A stretch of 45,300 nucleotides of DNA from Fidelibacterota bacterium. GTDB lineage: Bacteria > Fidelibacterota > UBA2242 > JAFGTP01. How positions within the stretch are numbered: the stretch's first letter is position 1; each line of letters starts with the position of its first letter. The notes below the pieces were generated by a model. The model saw only the letters and a list, made by a program, of their open reading frames with translations. It was not told where the DNA came from and searched no databases. The stretch covers positions 1-45,300 of the forward strand of contig JAIPHI010000001.1 of the NCBI GenBank assembly GCA_021735285.1. Direction: 5' to 3'. Positions 26,529 through 36,298 of this stretch are shown here, piece after piece. Both the position numbers and the translations under genes were made by a program.

Positions 26529-27542
26529 ATGGCTGATAAAAAGAAAAAATGGAATTTTGATCAGATCTCTGAGTTTTTTCAGGGTTTGTTTGTTAAAAAT
26601 ATACAAACAAAAATCATTGTCTTGCTGATAACTTTAATTATCTGGTCATACACAATGTTAAGAAATGAATATACCACCCAAATGCATGTTCCATTTGAGG
26701 TTGTCAATATTGAAGAAGGTAAAGTTAGTAAACAAGAGTTGCCTGATCAAGTTCTGGCAAGATTCCAAGGCAATGGTCTGGATTTTTTCTTTTTACTCTT
26801 TCAATCCAGGAATTCATTTAGACTGGTTTTAGACCTGAGTACAATCAAATGGTTCTATAATTTTGACCTGAATAACTATTTTAATAAGCATCCTGAGGAT
26901 TTTATTCTTCCCAGAAATTCGGATGTTAACCTTATTAACATTGTTCAGCCTGAGTCTTTATATGTAGCGCTTGATAAAAAGTCTGTTAAGAAAGCGCCCG
27001 TACGTCCTCAGGTATTGATTACCTTAGAACCGGGTTATACAAAATATGAACTGGAAGTGCAGCCTGATTCGATTACTCTTATGGGACCAAGCTCCTATTT
27101 AAGAGAAATTAATTATGTTAATACAGATAAGCTGGTAAGAGAAAATGTCACAGACCCTATAAAAACTACTATTAGTTTACAGGACTTTGGCAAGAAAAAC
27201 ATTGAGCTGGAGCCGGAAAAAGTTCAAATCAGGCAGTTAGTTGATCAAATTGGTGAAAAAGTTATCTCTGGAATACCTGTTCAAATCAAAAATCCACCCA
27301 GCCAGGGGCAGGTTGAAATACAACCCAATAAGATCACGGTCTATATCTCGGGTGGCTTTAATATGATCAAAAATATAGATAGTGAAGAGCTGGATGTAAT
27401 ATTAGATTTGAAAGGTAAAATAGATTCTGAAAAAAAATATTATACTCCCACAATAAGAGGATTAAGCAACCATTTGGAAGTTAATAGAATTGAACCGTCA
27501 CAAATTGAAATCCGTTATATAAGAGAAGGGAATAATGAATGA
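26529..27542 (+). CDS. YbbR-like (CdaR-type) domain protein
   Basis: An N-terminal TM anchor followed by repeated beta-rich modules (VPFEVVN..., LITLEPGYT..., GIPVQIKNPP...) typical of YbbR repeats. No cdaA neighbour. Confidence 0.45.
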   Translation: MADKKKKWNFDQISEFFQGLFVKNIQTKIIVLLITLIIWSYTMLRNEYTTQMHVPFEVVNIEEGKVSKQELPDQVLARFQGNGLDFFFLLFQSRNSFRLVLDLSTIKWFYNFDLNNYFNKHPEDFILPRNSDVNLINIVQPESLYVALDKKSVKKAPVRPQVLITLEPGYTKYELEVQPDSITLMGPSSYLREINYVNTDKLVRENVTDPIKTTISLQDFGKKNIELEPEKVQIRQLVDQIGEKVISGIPVQIKNPPSQGQVEIQPNKITVYISGGFNMIKNIDSEELDVILDLKGKIDSEKKYYTPTIRGLSNHLEVNRIEPSQIEIRYIREGNNE

Positions 27543-28534
27543 TTATACTGGGTCTTGAATCCTCGTGCGATGAAACTGCAGCTGCTGTGGTCGAAGATAA
27601 TAATGTTCTATCGAATATTGTTTCATCTCAATTACTACATCAGGAATATGGCGGGGTGGTTCCGGAATTTGCCTCTCGAGAGCATATGAAAAATATTAAT
27701 TTTGTTATGCAAGAGGCTCTTCAAAATTCAGGAATTGGTTTTTCAGAGCTTGATGGTATAGCAGCTACCAGAGGTCCAGGTCTGATGGGTTCCCTACTGG
27801 TGGGCTTAAGCTTTGCCAAAGGACTTGCTATCTCGGGGAAGAAGCCTTTATTAGGAGTAAATCATATCGAAGGTCATATTATGGCCAATTTTTTAGATCA
27901 TGGAGACATAGAATATCCTTTCCTATGTCTCTTAGTTTCCGGTGGCCATACAATGATAATTGAAGTATTCAGCCATGGAGAGTACAAAGTTATCGGTCAA
28001 AGTGTTGATGATGCTGCCGGGGAAGCCTTTGATAAAGGAGGTAAAATCCTACATCTGACCTATCCGGCCGGACCTATTATTGATAAAATTGCCAGGAAAG
28101 GAGATAAAAAATTCCATCATTTTCCACGGGCGGAAGTGAAAAACCGGGAATATGATTTTAGTTTTAGTGGATTAAAAACTTCCCTCTATTACCTTGTGAA
28201 GAATAAAGGGCGGAAGTGGGCTGAGAAAAATATGAATGATATATGTGCTGCATATCAGGAAGCCATTGTAGATGCACTTAAAATTAAATTTTTTAAAACA
28301 GCTCATGAAAGCAAAGTAAACCGACTTGTTTTAGCTGGAGGAGTGGCTGCGAATTCAAGGCTAAGGGAAGTCTTTCAGAGAGAAGCGGATAAAGCTGGCT
28401 ACCAGATATTTTTTCCATCCCTGGAATATTGTACTGATAACGCTGCTATGATAGCCAGAGCAGGACTTGAAGAATTGAAAAAAGATAATTATGCAGATAT
28501 GAGTCTGCAGGCTGTTCCTAATTTAAAATTATAA
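27539..28534 (+). CDS. tsaD: tRNA N6-adenosine threonylcarbamoyltransferase
   Basis: ILGLESSCDETAAAV, VNHIEGHI and LLVSGGHT motifs. Has a 4-nt ATGA overlap with the upstream gene. Confidence 0.9.
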   Translation: MIILGLESSCDETAAAVVEDNNVLSNIVSSQLLHQEYGGVVPEFASREHMKNINFVMQEALQNSGIGFSELDGIAATRGPGLMGSLLVGLSFAKGLAISGKKPLLGVNHIEGHIMANFLDHGDIEYPFLCLLVSGGHTMIIEVFSHGEYKVIGQSVDDAAGEAFDKGGKILHLTYPAGPIIDKIARKGDKKFHHFPRAEVKNREYDFSFSGLKTSLYYLVKNKGRKWAEKNMNDICAAYQEAIVDALKIKFFKTAHESKVNRLVLAGGVAANSRLREVFQREADKAGYQIFFPSLEYCTDNAAMIARAGLEELKKDNYADMSLQAVPNLKL

Positions 28535-28554
28535 ATCTTATGGTTATTACATAG

Positions 28555-30678
28555 ATGTCTGATTTTAATATCTACTTTGTGAATGCTAACAAATGGACTT
28601 TGCTATTACTGGTGATTATTAGCTTAATTACCTACTATACTGTCTATAAAAAATATAGGGAGAAATCCAAGCTCCTTATTGTAACCAGAATTATAATTTT
28701 TCTAATATTAATAATTTTGTTAATGCGCCCGGTGGTAAGTTGGCAAACGATTCGTAGATTAAAATCTGAATTTTTAATATTTTTAGATAATTCTGTCAGT
28801 TTGAAAGAGCAAAAAGATTTTAATCGCAAGCAGATAGTCAGCAAGATGGAATCCATTGAAAAAAAACTGGAGCAAAAGAATATAGAAGTTCATTACAATA
28901 CTTTTGATGATAAAATCTATAGGAATCAAAGCTTAGATGACTTTAATAATAGTGGTTCTAATACCAATCTTGCAAATGTAATTAATTATTTAAAAAAGCA
29001 GGAGAAAAATAGAAATATTGTTGGAGCACTTATTCTCTCCGATGGGGTAATCACGGAGGGACAAACTCCTGCAACTATCCAAAATTTTCCACAAATACCA
29101 ATCTATACCACGGGGGTTGGAGATACAACAGGTGCTTTGGACCCGGCAATTCTAAATTTTGATCCACCCCAGTCAGGTTTTGTAGGCGATACGATTATGA
29201 TGAATTCTGAGATCAATCCTGCTAGCAGCAGTGATGAGATTGAAATTATCCTTAAAGTAAATAAGAGTATAATTGATAGAAAAATTGTCAAAGCCGGGTC
29301 AGCTTTCCAGAGAAAAGTCTGTACTTTTCAATATATACCGAAAAAGGCGGGACAAAAAAACCTTGAATTGGTTATTCAAGATGAAAACGATAAGAATTTA
29401 TTTAATAATAACTTGTCCAGAAGATTAAAGGTTAGATCTAAATTGGCCAATTATGTTATTTTAAGTTCCACCTTTAATTATGAGAGTAAATATCTGGCTC
29501 ATGTTTTATCCCAACAGGAGAATAGTGAATGTTATCAAATGGTAGCCCATCAGGGAAAATGGATAGCATTGGAAGAACCGCAAGAAATATTAAATAAAAG
29601 CTGGGATTTAATAGTTTTAAATGGAATCCTTAATAATAGTACAGCCCGAAGAAACTTCCAGGATATCGAGAAAAAAGTAAAAGCTGACAAAACCCCGGTG
29701 ATCGCATTCATTAATTCCAAGGCTGAAATTGATAGACTGCAAAGCTTAATTGGTATGAAGGTCTTTCAAAAGGTTGTTGATTCCCCTGATTCTAAAAATG
29801 TACAGATTCTGATGAATGAAGAATGGCAAAATCATGGAATAAATCTGTATTTAGAGCGTTCTTTTGGGAATGATTGGTGGCATAATTTACCACCAATAAA
29901 ATTTTCTTTTAAGGAGCTTAAGAGGGATACTCGGTTTAGTGATCTGATCCAAACTATGGATAAGGATCAAAATCCGGTGCTTTCGGTTTCCAAACCTGTT
30001 GATATAAATAGCAGAAGAATGGCAATTCTTTCCGGAAGTGATTTCTGGAAATGGCAAAGGATGACAATTGGTTCTGAAGTTGAAAATTTTTATAATGAAA
30101 TGTTTTTGGCAATTACAAATTATTTGACTGATACTACTGATAGTTCACCAATTAAGATCTATACGGGAAAAAATAAATATAGATTAGGGGAAAAAATCCA
30201 GCTGCAAGGTGCTGTCACTGATGTAAGAGGTAATACTATTACTGACGCTGTAGCTAAGGCCAGGGTTATGCGGCAGAATGAAGAATATAGCAGTTTTTAT
30301 ATTCCATATAGTGAGGGCCAATATGAATCCCAGTTAGTAGTAAATCAACCGGGCGAGTATGAAATCCAATTGTCCGCGGAACAAAATGGCAAACCAATAG
30401 ACCAGGTGGTACGCAATTTTACGGTAGTAGATCAGCCTGTTGAGATGGAGACGATCCAGTTAAAAAAAGAGAGCTTGCAAAAAATATCGAATAATTCGAG
30501 GGGGGCTTTTTATCCAATTGCTGAGTTAGGCGCAATTGGAAACCAAATAGATAAGCAAAACAAAATTATTACTAAAGATAAAAAAATCCGACTCTGGCAA
30601 TGGAAATATATATTCCTGATGCTGATAGGAGTTTATCTGGTTGAATTGATTTATAGAAAAACCAAAGGATATCTCTAA
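28555..30678 (+). CDS. Membrane protein with an N-terminal double-TM BatA_N-like domain and a C-terminal TM anchor, function unknown
   Basis: The N-terminus F.N..KWTLLLLVIISL...SKLLIVTRIIIFLILIILLMRP resembles the aerotolerance-regulator N-terminal double-TM domain. A large soluble middle region follows, with a final TM YIFLMLIGVYLVELIY. Confidence 0.5.
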   Translation: MSDFNIYFVNANKWTLLLLVIISLITYYTVYKKYREKSKLLIVTRIIIFLILIILLMRPVVSWQTIRRLKSEFLIFLDNSVSLKEQKDFNRKQIVSKMESIEKKLEQKNIEVHYNTFDDKIYRNQSLDDFNNSGSNTNLANVINYLKKQEKNRNIVGALILSDGVITEGQTPATIQNFPQIPIYTTGVGDTTGALDPAILNFDPPQSGFVGDTIMMNSEINPASSSDEIEIILKVNKSIIDRKIVKAGSAFQRKVCTFQYIPKKAGQKNLELVIQDENDKNLFNNNLSRRLKVRSKLANYVILSSTFNYESKYLAHVLSQQENSECYQMVAHQGKWIALEEPQEILNKSWDLIVLNGILNNSTARRNFQDIEKKVKADKTPVIAFINSKAEIDRLQSLIGMKVFQKVVDSPDSKNVQILMNEEWQNHGINLYLERSFGNDWWHNLPPIKFSFKELKRDTRFSDLIQTMDKDQNPVLSVSKPVDINSRRMAILSGSDFWKWQRMTIGSEVENFYNEMFLAITNYLTDTTDSSPIKIYTGKNKYRLGEKIQLQGAVTDVRGNTITDAVAKARVMRQNEEYSSFYIPYSEGQYESQLVVNQPGEYEIQLSAEQNGKPIDQVVRNFTVVDQPVEMETIQLKKESLQKISNNSRGAFYPIAELGAIGNQIDKQNKIITKDKKIRLWQWKYIFLMLIGVYLVELIYRKTKGYL

Positions 30679-30759
30679 AATTACCAAAATAGGTTGCAAC
30701 AAGGAATATGAATTTTTACATTCTAACAGTTGATAAATATTACTGTAAGGAGAATTAGA

Positions 30760-31128
30760 TTGTACACAATTGCCTATAGAACTCATTTTTCAGCATCCCA
30801 TCATGTTCGGGATTATCCTGGAAAGTGTAAAAATTTACATGGCCATAACTGGAAAATAAAAGTTGAAGTCAGAACCAAAAGAAAAGATGAAATTGGCATC
30901 TCGGTAGATTTTAAGCAATTGAAAAAAATAGTTAAACCTGTGATTGATCGTTTTGATCATAAATACTTGAATGATCTGGATCATTTCAAAAAGAAAAATC
31001 CGACCGCAGAAAATATTGCCGAATTTTTATATCAAGAAATTGATAACAGGCTACCTGAAAATGTGAAAATGCATAAAATAACTGTTTGGGAAACTGATAA
31101 ATACTCAGTCACATATCAGGAGGAATAG
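30760..31128 (+). CDS. queD: 6-carboxy-5,6,7,8-tetrahydropterin synthase
   Basis: HFSASHH, CKNLHGHNW and FDHKYLND motifs. AAGGAG (30747-30752) sits 7 nt upstream of TTG 30760; the track start is TTG 30730. Ends in TAG. Confidence 0.85.
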   Translation: MYTIAYRTHFSASHHVRDYPGKCKNLHGHNWKIKVEVRTKRKDEIGISVDFKQLKKIVKPVIDRFDHKYLNDLDHFKKKNPTAENIAEFLYQEIDNRLPENVKMHKITVWETDKYSVTYQEE

Positions 31129-31767
31129 ATTTTAAAAGTCAATGAAATATTCTTTTCTATACAGGGTGAATCGGTTTATTCCGGTAAGCCCTTTATTTTT
31201 ATTAGATTGGCTGGATGTAATTTAAGATGCAAATATTGCGATACTCGCTATGCTTACAAGGATGGTGAATTATATTCCATTGAATCCATTCTGGCTAAGA
31301 TAAAAAAATATTCAATCCGGAATGTGGAAATAACCGGCGGTGAACCTTTGCTGCAAAGTGAGACAGTGGAGCTTCTTAATGATCTATTAAAGCAAGGAGA
31401 TCAAGTTCTGCTTGAAACTAACGGTAGTGTAAGCTTATCTCCTGTGCCGGAAGAAGTAGTAAAGGTCATGGATATTAAGACACCTGATAGTGGGGAAGTT
31501 GATTCCTTTATGCTGGAGAATTTGGAATGTTTAAATAGTAATGATAATATCAAATTTGTTCTCTCCAGTCGAAAGGATTTCGATTGGAGCGTAGAATTTT
31601 GTGAGGAGCACAATCTTTATGAAAAATGTGAATTGCTATTCTCTGCGGTCAAAGAGGAGTTGAAATACTCTGATTTATGTGACTGGATCCTTGAGGCAGG
31701 TATTAATGTAAGATTTCAACCGCAGTTGCACAAGCTAATTTGGCCTAATCAAAAGCGAGGAGTATGA
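31129..31767 (+). CDS. queE: 7-carboxy-7-deazaguanine synthase (radical SAM), probable non-canonical ATT start
   Basis: [11 protein letters not shown] is the radical-SAM cluster. Codons 31129-31206 encode [26 protein letters not shown], the conserved QueE N-terminus, upstream of the track start TTG 31207. AGGAGG (31118-31123) lies 5 nt before ATT 31129. Confidence 0.8.
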   Translation: MLKVNEIFFSIQGESVYSGKPFIFIRLAGCNLRCKYCDTRYAYKDGELYSIESILAKIKKYSIRNVEITGGEPLLQSETVELLNDLLKQGDQVLLETNGSVSLSPVPEEVVKVMDIKTPDSGEVDSFMLENLECLNSNDNIKFVLSSRKDFDWSVEFCEEHNLYEKCELLFSAVKEELKYSDLCDWILEAGINVRFQPQLHKLIWPNQKRGV

Positions 31768-31768
31768 A

Positions 31769-32452
31769 ATGGCAAAGAAAGGACTCATAGCCTTAAGTGG
31801 GGGACTGGATTCGGCTACTACCCTTGCAATTGCTAAATCAGAAGATTTTAAAGTTTACGCTATTAGCTTTGATTATCAGCAGAGAAATGCTGTAGAATTA
31901 CAGGCTGCCAAAGATGTTGCCCGTAGCATGCAAGTTGAAAATCATAAAATCATAAAGATAGATCTTAGTCAAATAGGTGGGTCAGCCCTGACAGATGATA
32001 TTCCTGTACCAAAACATACTGAAGATCAGGGATCTATTCCCGCTACCTATGTGCCTGGCCGTAATTTAATTTTTCTTTCTCTGGCTTTAGCCTGGGCCGA
32101 AGTTAATAATATCTATGACATTTTTATTGGTGTTAATAGTTTGGATTATAGTGGCTATCCTGATTGCAGACCGGAATTTATTAAAAAATTTCAAGAGACT
32201 GCTAATCTGGCTACAAAAGCTGGAGTTAGAGGAGAAAAAATTAATATTCATACCCCAATTATCAATATGACGAAAGGTGAAATTATTAAAAGAGGAGTAG
32301 AACTGGGAGTAGATTATAGGAAGACAATTAGTTGTTACAACCCTGATAAAGAAGGCCGAGCCTGTGGTGAGTGTGATAGTTGTCAGCTGAGAAAAGAGGG
32401 CTTTAAACAGGCTGGTGTTGAAGACCCAACAAAATATATTAACAAGGAGTAA
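31769..32452 (+). CDS. queC: 7-cyano-7-deazaguanine synthase
   Basis: LSGGLDSAT (PP-loop) and a C-terminal zinc Cys cluster [20 protein letters not shown]. Confidence 0.9.
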   Translation: MAKKGLIALSGGLDSATTLAIAKSEDFKVYAISFDYQQRNAVELQAAKDVARSMQVENHKIIKIDLSQIGGSALTDDIPVPKHTEDQGSIPATYVPGRNLIFLSLALAWAEVNNIYDIFIGVNSLDYSGYPDCRPEFIKKFQETANLATKAGVRGEKINIHTPIINMTKGEIIKRGVELGVDYRKTISCYNPDKEGRACGECDSCQLRKEGFKQAGVEDPTKYINKE

Positions 32453-32456
32453 CTCT

Positions 32457-32852
32457 ATGGCAGAAGAAAAAAAAGGAACTAAAGAAATTCGGGAAGCCGA
32501 ATTAATTGCCATTGAAAACAAGTACCCTGACCGTGATTATCAAATTGATATTGAACTGCCGGAATTCACATGTCTCTGCCCTGTAACCGGCTATCCGGAT
32601 TTTGCTGTCATCAATTTGCATTATATTCCTGATCAATATATAGTGGAACTTAAATCGCTAAAGCTGTATATTAATAAGTTTCGGGATAAAGGTATCTACC
32701 ACGAAGAGGCGGCTAATAAGATCATGGATGATATTGTAGAGAAAATTAATCCCAGATGGATCAAAGTTGTAGGCGATTTTAATCGGAGAGGCAATGTAAA
32801 AACAATAGTGACTGCAAAACATGCGCAGAAAAATTTTCATACAGAGGAATAA
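32457..32852 (+). CDS. queF: NADPH-dependent 7-cyano-7-deazaguanine reductase (type I)
   Basis: CLCPVTGYPDF (catalytic Cys) and the VELKSLKLYINKFR QueF motif. AAGGAG precedes ATG 32457; the track start 32415 lies inside queC. Confidence 0.85.
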   Translation: MAEEKKGTKEIREAELIAIENKYPDRDYQIDIELPEFTCLCPVTGYPDFAVINLHYIPDQYIVELKSLKLYINKFRDKGIYHEEAANKIMDDIVEKINPRWIKVVGDFNRRGNVKTIVTAKHAQKNFHTEE

Positions 32853-32854
32853 AT

Positions 32855-33628
32855 TTGCAAGATATTCAAAATCAATTCGATAGTAGAAATATTCCTATCG
32901 ATCAAGTAGGTGTCAAAGACCTTACTTACCCTATTGTCTTACTTGATCGAGAGAATGAAGTTCAACAAACTGTGGCAAGAATTAATATGTATGTTGACCT
33001 ACCTCATGATTTCAGAGGGACTCATATGAGCCGTTTTGTAGAAATATTAAATGAGCACCATCAGCGGCTCAAGATAGATACGATCGAAGAAGTTTTGCGG
33101 AAAATGAAATCCAGGCTTAAAGCCGAAAAGGCTCATATTGAAATGTTTTTTCCCTATTTTTTAGAGAAGAAGGCACCTGTATCAAGGGCAAGAAGCATGA
33201 CCAAATATGAATGTAGTTTTACGGGTGAATTGGATGGCGATGTAGATCTGGTATTAGGTGTAAAGGTGCCGGTCACTACTCTTTGTCCTTGTTCCAAAGA
33301 GATTGCTGAAGAGGGTGCTCATAACCAGCGTTCAATCATAAGTATTCAAGTGCGTTACTCTGAGCTGGTCTGGATTGAGGAATTGATTGAAATAGCGGAA
33401 AAATCTGCCTCAAGTCCTGTCTATTCTTTGCTCAAGAGAGAGGATGAAAAATATGTAACAGAAAAGGCCTATAAAAATCCAAAATTCGTAGAAGATGTTG
33501 TCCGTAACCTGGCTCTGGAGTTGGATACTGATCAAAGAATTTTTTGGTATAAAGTAGAATCAGAGAACTTTGAATCAATCCACAACCATAGTGCCTATGC
33601 TCGGATTGAGAAGCACAAAGATAAATAA
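32855..33628 (+). CDS. folE2: GTP cyclohydrolase I type 2 (FolE2/MptA family)
   Basis: 257 aa with IPIDQVGVKDLTYPI and TTLCPCSKEIAEEGAHNQRS, characteristic of FolE2. TTG start 2 nt after the queF stop. Confidence 0.8.
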   Translation: MQDIQNQFDSRNIPIDQVGVKDLTYPIVLLDRENEVQQTVARINMYVDLPHDFRGTHMSRFVEILNEHHQRLKIDTIEEVLRKMKSRLKAEKAHIEMFFPYFLEKKAPVSRARSMTKYECSFTGELDGDVDLVLGVKVPVTTLCPCSKEIAEEGAHNQRSIISIQVRYSELVWIEELIEIAEKSASSPVYSLLKREDEKYVTEKAYKNPKFVEDVVRNLALELDTDQRIFWYKVESENFESIHNHSAYARIEKHKDK

Positions 33629-33701
33629 ATGGGGCAAGGTAGGCCTGCTTAATTATAAATCGCTTTGATAAATTTACAGCTTTTTATATATTATTAAAGT
33701 G

Positions 33702-34388
33702 ATGGAGTTTAAACACTTGGAGGGATTTATGAGTGCACCAGAAAGTAAAAAAAGGCATTTACCCAGCATCAAAAAGCTGGAGTCTTTTCGCAAAACCAGC
33801 CTCGATTGTGCGCAGTCGATTAATGGCAATCTGACAAGTATTTTAGGTGCAGCTGAAGAGCTTTGGGGCCATGTGGATAAAAAAGATTTTTTTGCTACAG
33901 AGCAAATCGACACAATTATAAGAACTGTTGACAAAATTAAATCTTCAACTAGAAGAATTGAAATTGAGAATGCCAAACTGAGTGATAAGAAACAGAGTAG
34001 TGCAGGAGAAAAAACGAGATTACAGCAAGAGGGAACCAAAATCCTATTAGCCGAAGATGATGAAGATAACCGTAATGTTTTAAGAATTATGCTGGAGAGT
34101 ATGGGGTATAATGTCACTTTGGCAAAAGATGGGAGGGAAGCCTGGACTAAATTTGAGAGTAGTAAATTTAGCGCTGTGATTTCTGATATTCAAATGCCAA
34201 AAATCGGTGGTATAGAATTACTGAAAAAAATTCATAAAAAAAATAGTGATATTCCGGTTTTATTAATAACCGGTTTTGATAGAAAAGAACCAGTGGAAAT
34301 GGCTCGCGAAGAAAATAATATATTTTTTCTTAAGAAACCTTTTAGGAAACAAAAGCTCAAATCTGTATTAGAGGAATGCCTGGATTGA
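33702..34388 (+). CDS. Receiver (CheY-like) domain protein with a degenerate DHp-like N-terminal region
   Basis: REC motifs are LLAEDDEDN, VISDIQMP (phospho-Asp), LLITGF and KKPF. The N-terminal CAQSINGNLTSILGAAEEL resembles an H-box with Gln in place of His. There is no HATPase domain. Confidence 0.8.
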   Translation: MEFKHLEGFMSAPESKKRHLPSIKKLESFRKTSLDCAQSINGNLTSILGAAEELWGHVDKKDFFATEQIDTIIRTVDKIKSSTRRIEIENAKLSDKKQSSAGEKTRLQQEGTKILLAEDDEDNRNVLRIMLESMGYNVTLAKDGREAWTKFESSKFSAVISDIQMPKIGGIELLKKIHKKNSDIPVLLITGFDRKEPVEMAREENNIFFLKKPFRKQKLKSVLEECLD

Positions 34389-34551
34389 AAAAAAATGAAG
34401 ATAACGAATATATAATTCACCCCGGGTTTTAATATCTATTTATTAATCTTTTTATGTGCTTGCATGCGGGACTCTATGAAACAAACAATTTCTATTGTCA
34501 TTTAATAGAAGAAATAGTTTTTTATATTTAAAATAAATTACGAGGTGAAAA

Positions 34552-36060
34552 ATGAAAATTGATTTGAAGAAAATTGGAATAATAGCTTTTGTCCTGGTAA
34601 TCGGTGTATATCTTGGTGTGACTTTTCTTAGGCCGGAAGCGGAAAAAGTTGTGGTATATGAGAACAATCAGGATAATGTTGATTCCGGTAGATTCGTGCA
34701 AGCATCCGTTTTTAAAAATAAATCAGATATAAAGAATCTAAATAGTTTTAATCAAGCCTTTGTAAATATTGCAGAAACTGTCAAGCCGGCAGTTGTAACA
34801 ATTACAGCTGAGAAGGTAATTAAAAGAAATTTATCTGAACAGGATGAATTTTTTAGAAAATTTTTTGGTTTTCCAGCTCCTGAAGGAGAAAGTCGCCGGA
34901 CCTCTCTTGGTTCAGGAGTTATTGTTAATGAAAAAGGCTATATTTTAACCAATAATCATGTTATAGAAAATGGTGAAAAAATTAGTGTCCAGCTTTCAAA
35001 CGGAGAAGTTTATAAAGCTGAAATAATAGGTACAGATTCAAAGACAGATTTAGCTGTAATTAAAATTGATGCCAAAGATTTATCTCCAGCTACGCTTGGT
35101 AATTCCGATAAATTGCAAGTAGGAGAATGGGTGGCAGCTATTGGTTCACCATTGTCAGAAAATTTGGCCCATACTATCACTGCTGGAATAGTGAGCGCTA
35201 AATCCCGGGACGTTAGTATCGGAGGTAATACTTATGCTAGTTTTATTCAAACCGATGCGGCTATTAATCCGGGTAATAGTGGTGGAGCTTTAGTCAATAT
35301 TCAGGGAGAACTGGTGGGTATAAATACTGCTATTGCAACTGGTGGCGGCTTTAGCCAGGGAAATATAGGGATTGGTTTTGCCATTCCGGTTAACCTTGCA
35401 AAAAGTGTTATGGAAGATTTGATTGAGACCGGACATGTGGAAAGAGCCTGGTTGGGCGTAATGATCACTCCTGTTTCTGATAGGATTGCCAGAGCAATGG
35501 ATATTGAAACCAGAATGGGTGCTTTGGTTAATGAGGTTGTTGAAGGTAGCCCGGCTGAAAAAGCAGGTCTAAAAACAGGTGATGTGATCACCAAATTTAA
35601 TGCTACAAAGGTGGATAATCCCGGTCATTTAACATCTATGGTTATGAGTGCGGACATTGAAGAAGAAGTCAAGTTGACTGTTGTCAGAAATGGTAAGGAA
35701 AAGACTATCGATGTAGAATTAGGTAAGCGTCCGGAAGAGGATGAACTTGCTTCGGGAGAAACCGACTCATCCGCAGAAGAATTATTAGGAATGAGATGTA
35801 AGAATATTACCTCTCAATTGGCTCAAAAACTTGATATTAATGTAGATGAAGAAGGTGTCGCAATTGTGGGTCTGGAAAGAAATTCTGAAGCAGCTCAAAA
35901 ATTAAGGCTGGGTGACATCATTAAACGCATCGGTAAGATGCCTGTTAGCAATTTGGAAGACTTACAACAGGGGTATGAAGAAATAAAAGATAAGCAATAT
36001 ATCTTACTCTTGATCAAAAGAGATGATCATACAATGTTTACAACTCTGGAAAACGAATAA
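34552..36060 (+). CDS. htrA: Periplasmic serine endoprotease, HtrA/DegP/DegQ family (two PDZ domains)
   Basis: N-terminal TM/signal segment. The catalytic triad contexts are TNNHVI, TDLAVIKI and GNSGGAL, followed by two PDZ-like segments. Confidence 0.9.
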   Translation: MKIDLKKIGIIAFVLVIGVYLGVTFLRPEAEKVVVYENNQDNVDSGRFVQASVFKNKSDIKNLNSFNQAFVNIAETVKPAVVTITAEKVIKRNLSEQDEFFRKFFGFPAPEGESRRTSLGSGVIVNEKGYILTNNHVIENGEKISVQLSNGEVYKAEIIGTDSKTDLAVIKIDAKDLSPATLGNSDKLQVGEWVAAIGSPLSENLAHTITAGIVSAKSRDVSIGGNTYASFIQTDAAINPGNSGGALVNIQGELVGINTAIATGGGFSQGNIGIGFAIPVNLAKSVMEDLIETGHVERAWLGVMITPVSDRIARAMDIETRMGALVNEVVEGSPAEKAGLKTGDVITKFNATKVDNPGHLTSMVMSADIEEEVKLTVVRNGKEKTIDVELGKRPEEDELASGETDSSAEELLGMRCKNITSQLAQKLDINVDEEGVAIVGLERNSEAAQKLRLGDIIKRIGKMPVSNLEDLQQGYEEIKDKQYILLLIKRDDHTMFTTLENE

Positions 36061-36093
36061 ATTCCCAGTTAAAATATACACTATTACATTTAT

Positions 36094-36127
36094 AAAGGGC
36101 TCGTTTTCAACTCGAGCCCTTTTATAT
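36094..36127 (+). terminator. Rho-independent terminator after htrA
   Basis: AAAGGGCTCG / 9-nt loop / CGAGCCCTTT followed by TTATATT. Lies 34 nt after the htrA stop. Confidence 0.7.
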
Positions 36128-36298
36128 TAAAAAGTATCGAGAAAATGATTTTGGTCGAATTTTTTGCTCGTTTTGTTTTATTTTTACGGCATTAATATCA
36201 AAGGGGTTTAAGATAAAAAATTAATTAGCTTGAGGTTGTGATTTTGTTTTAAAAATAATAACTTTGGGGGTTAAATTGGAGGAAAATTATTAGAAATC

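Noticed and set aside
30679-30759. A preQ1 riboswitch upstream of queD.
   Set aside because: There is only a 5-bp hairpin adjacent to the SD. The conserved A-rich tail and CUA of preQ1-I and the preQ1-II/III features are not visible. An Infernal scan is needed to be certain.
31126-31128. TAG reassigned as a sense codon (an alternative genetic code) to explain the queD-queE junction.
   Set aside because: rqcH also terminates at TAG (15102-15104) at a normal protein length. None of the other recognisable genes needs an internal TAG, so the standard code fits the window.
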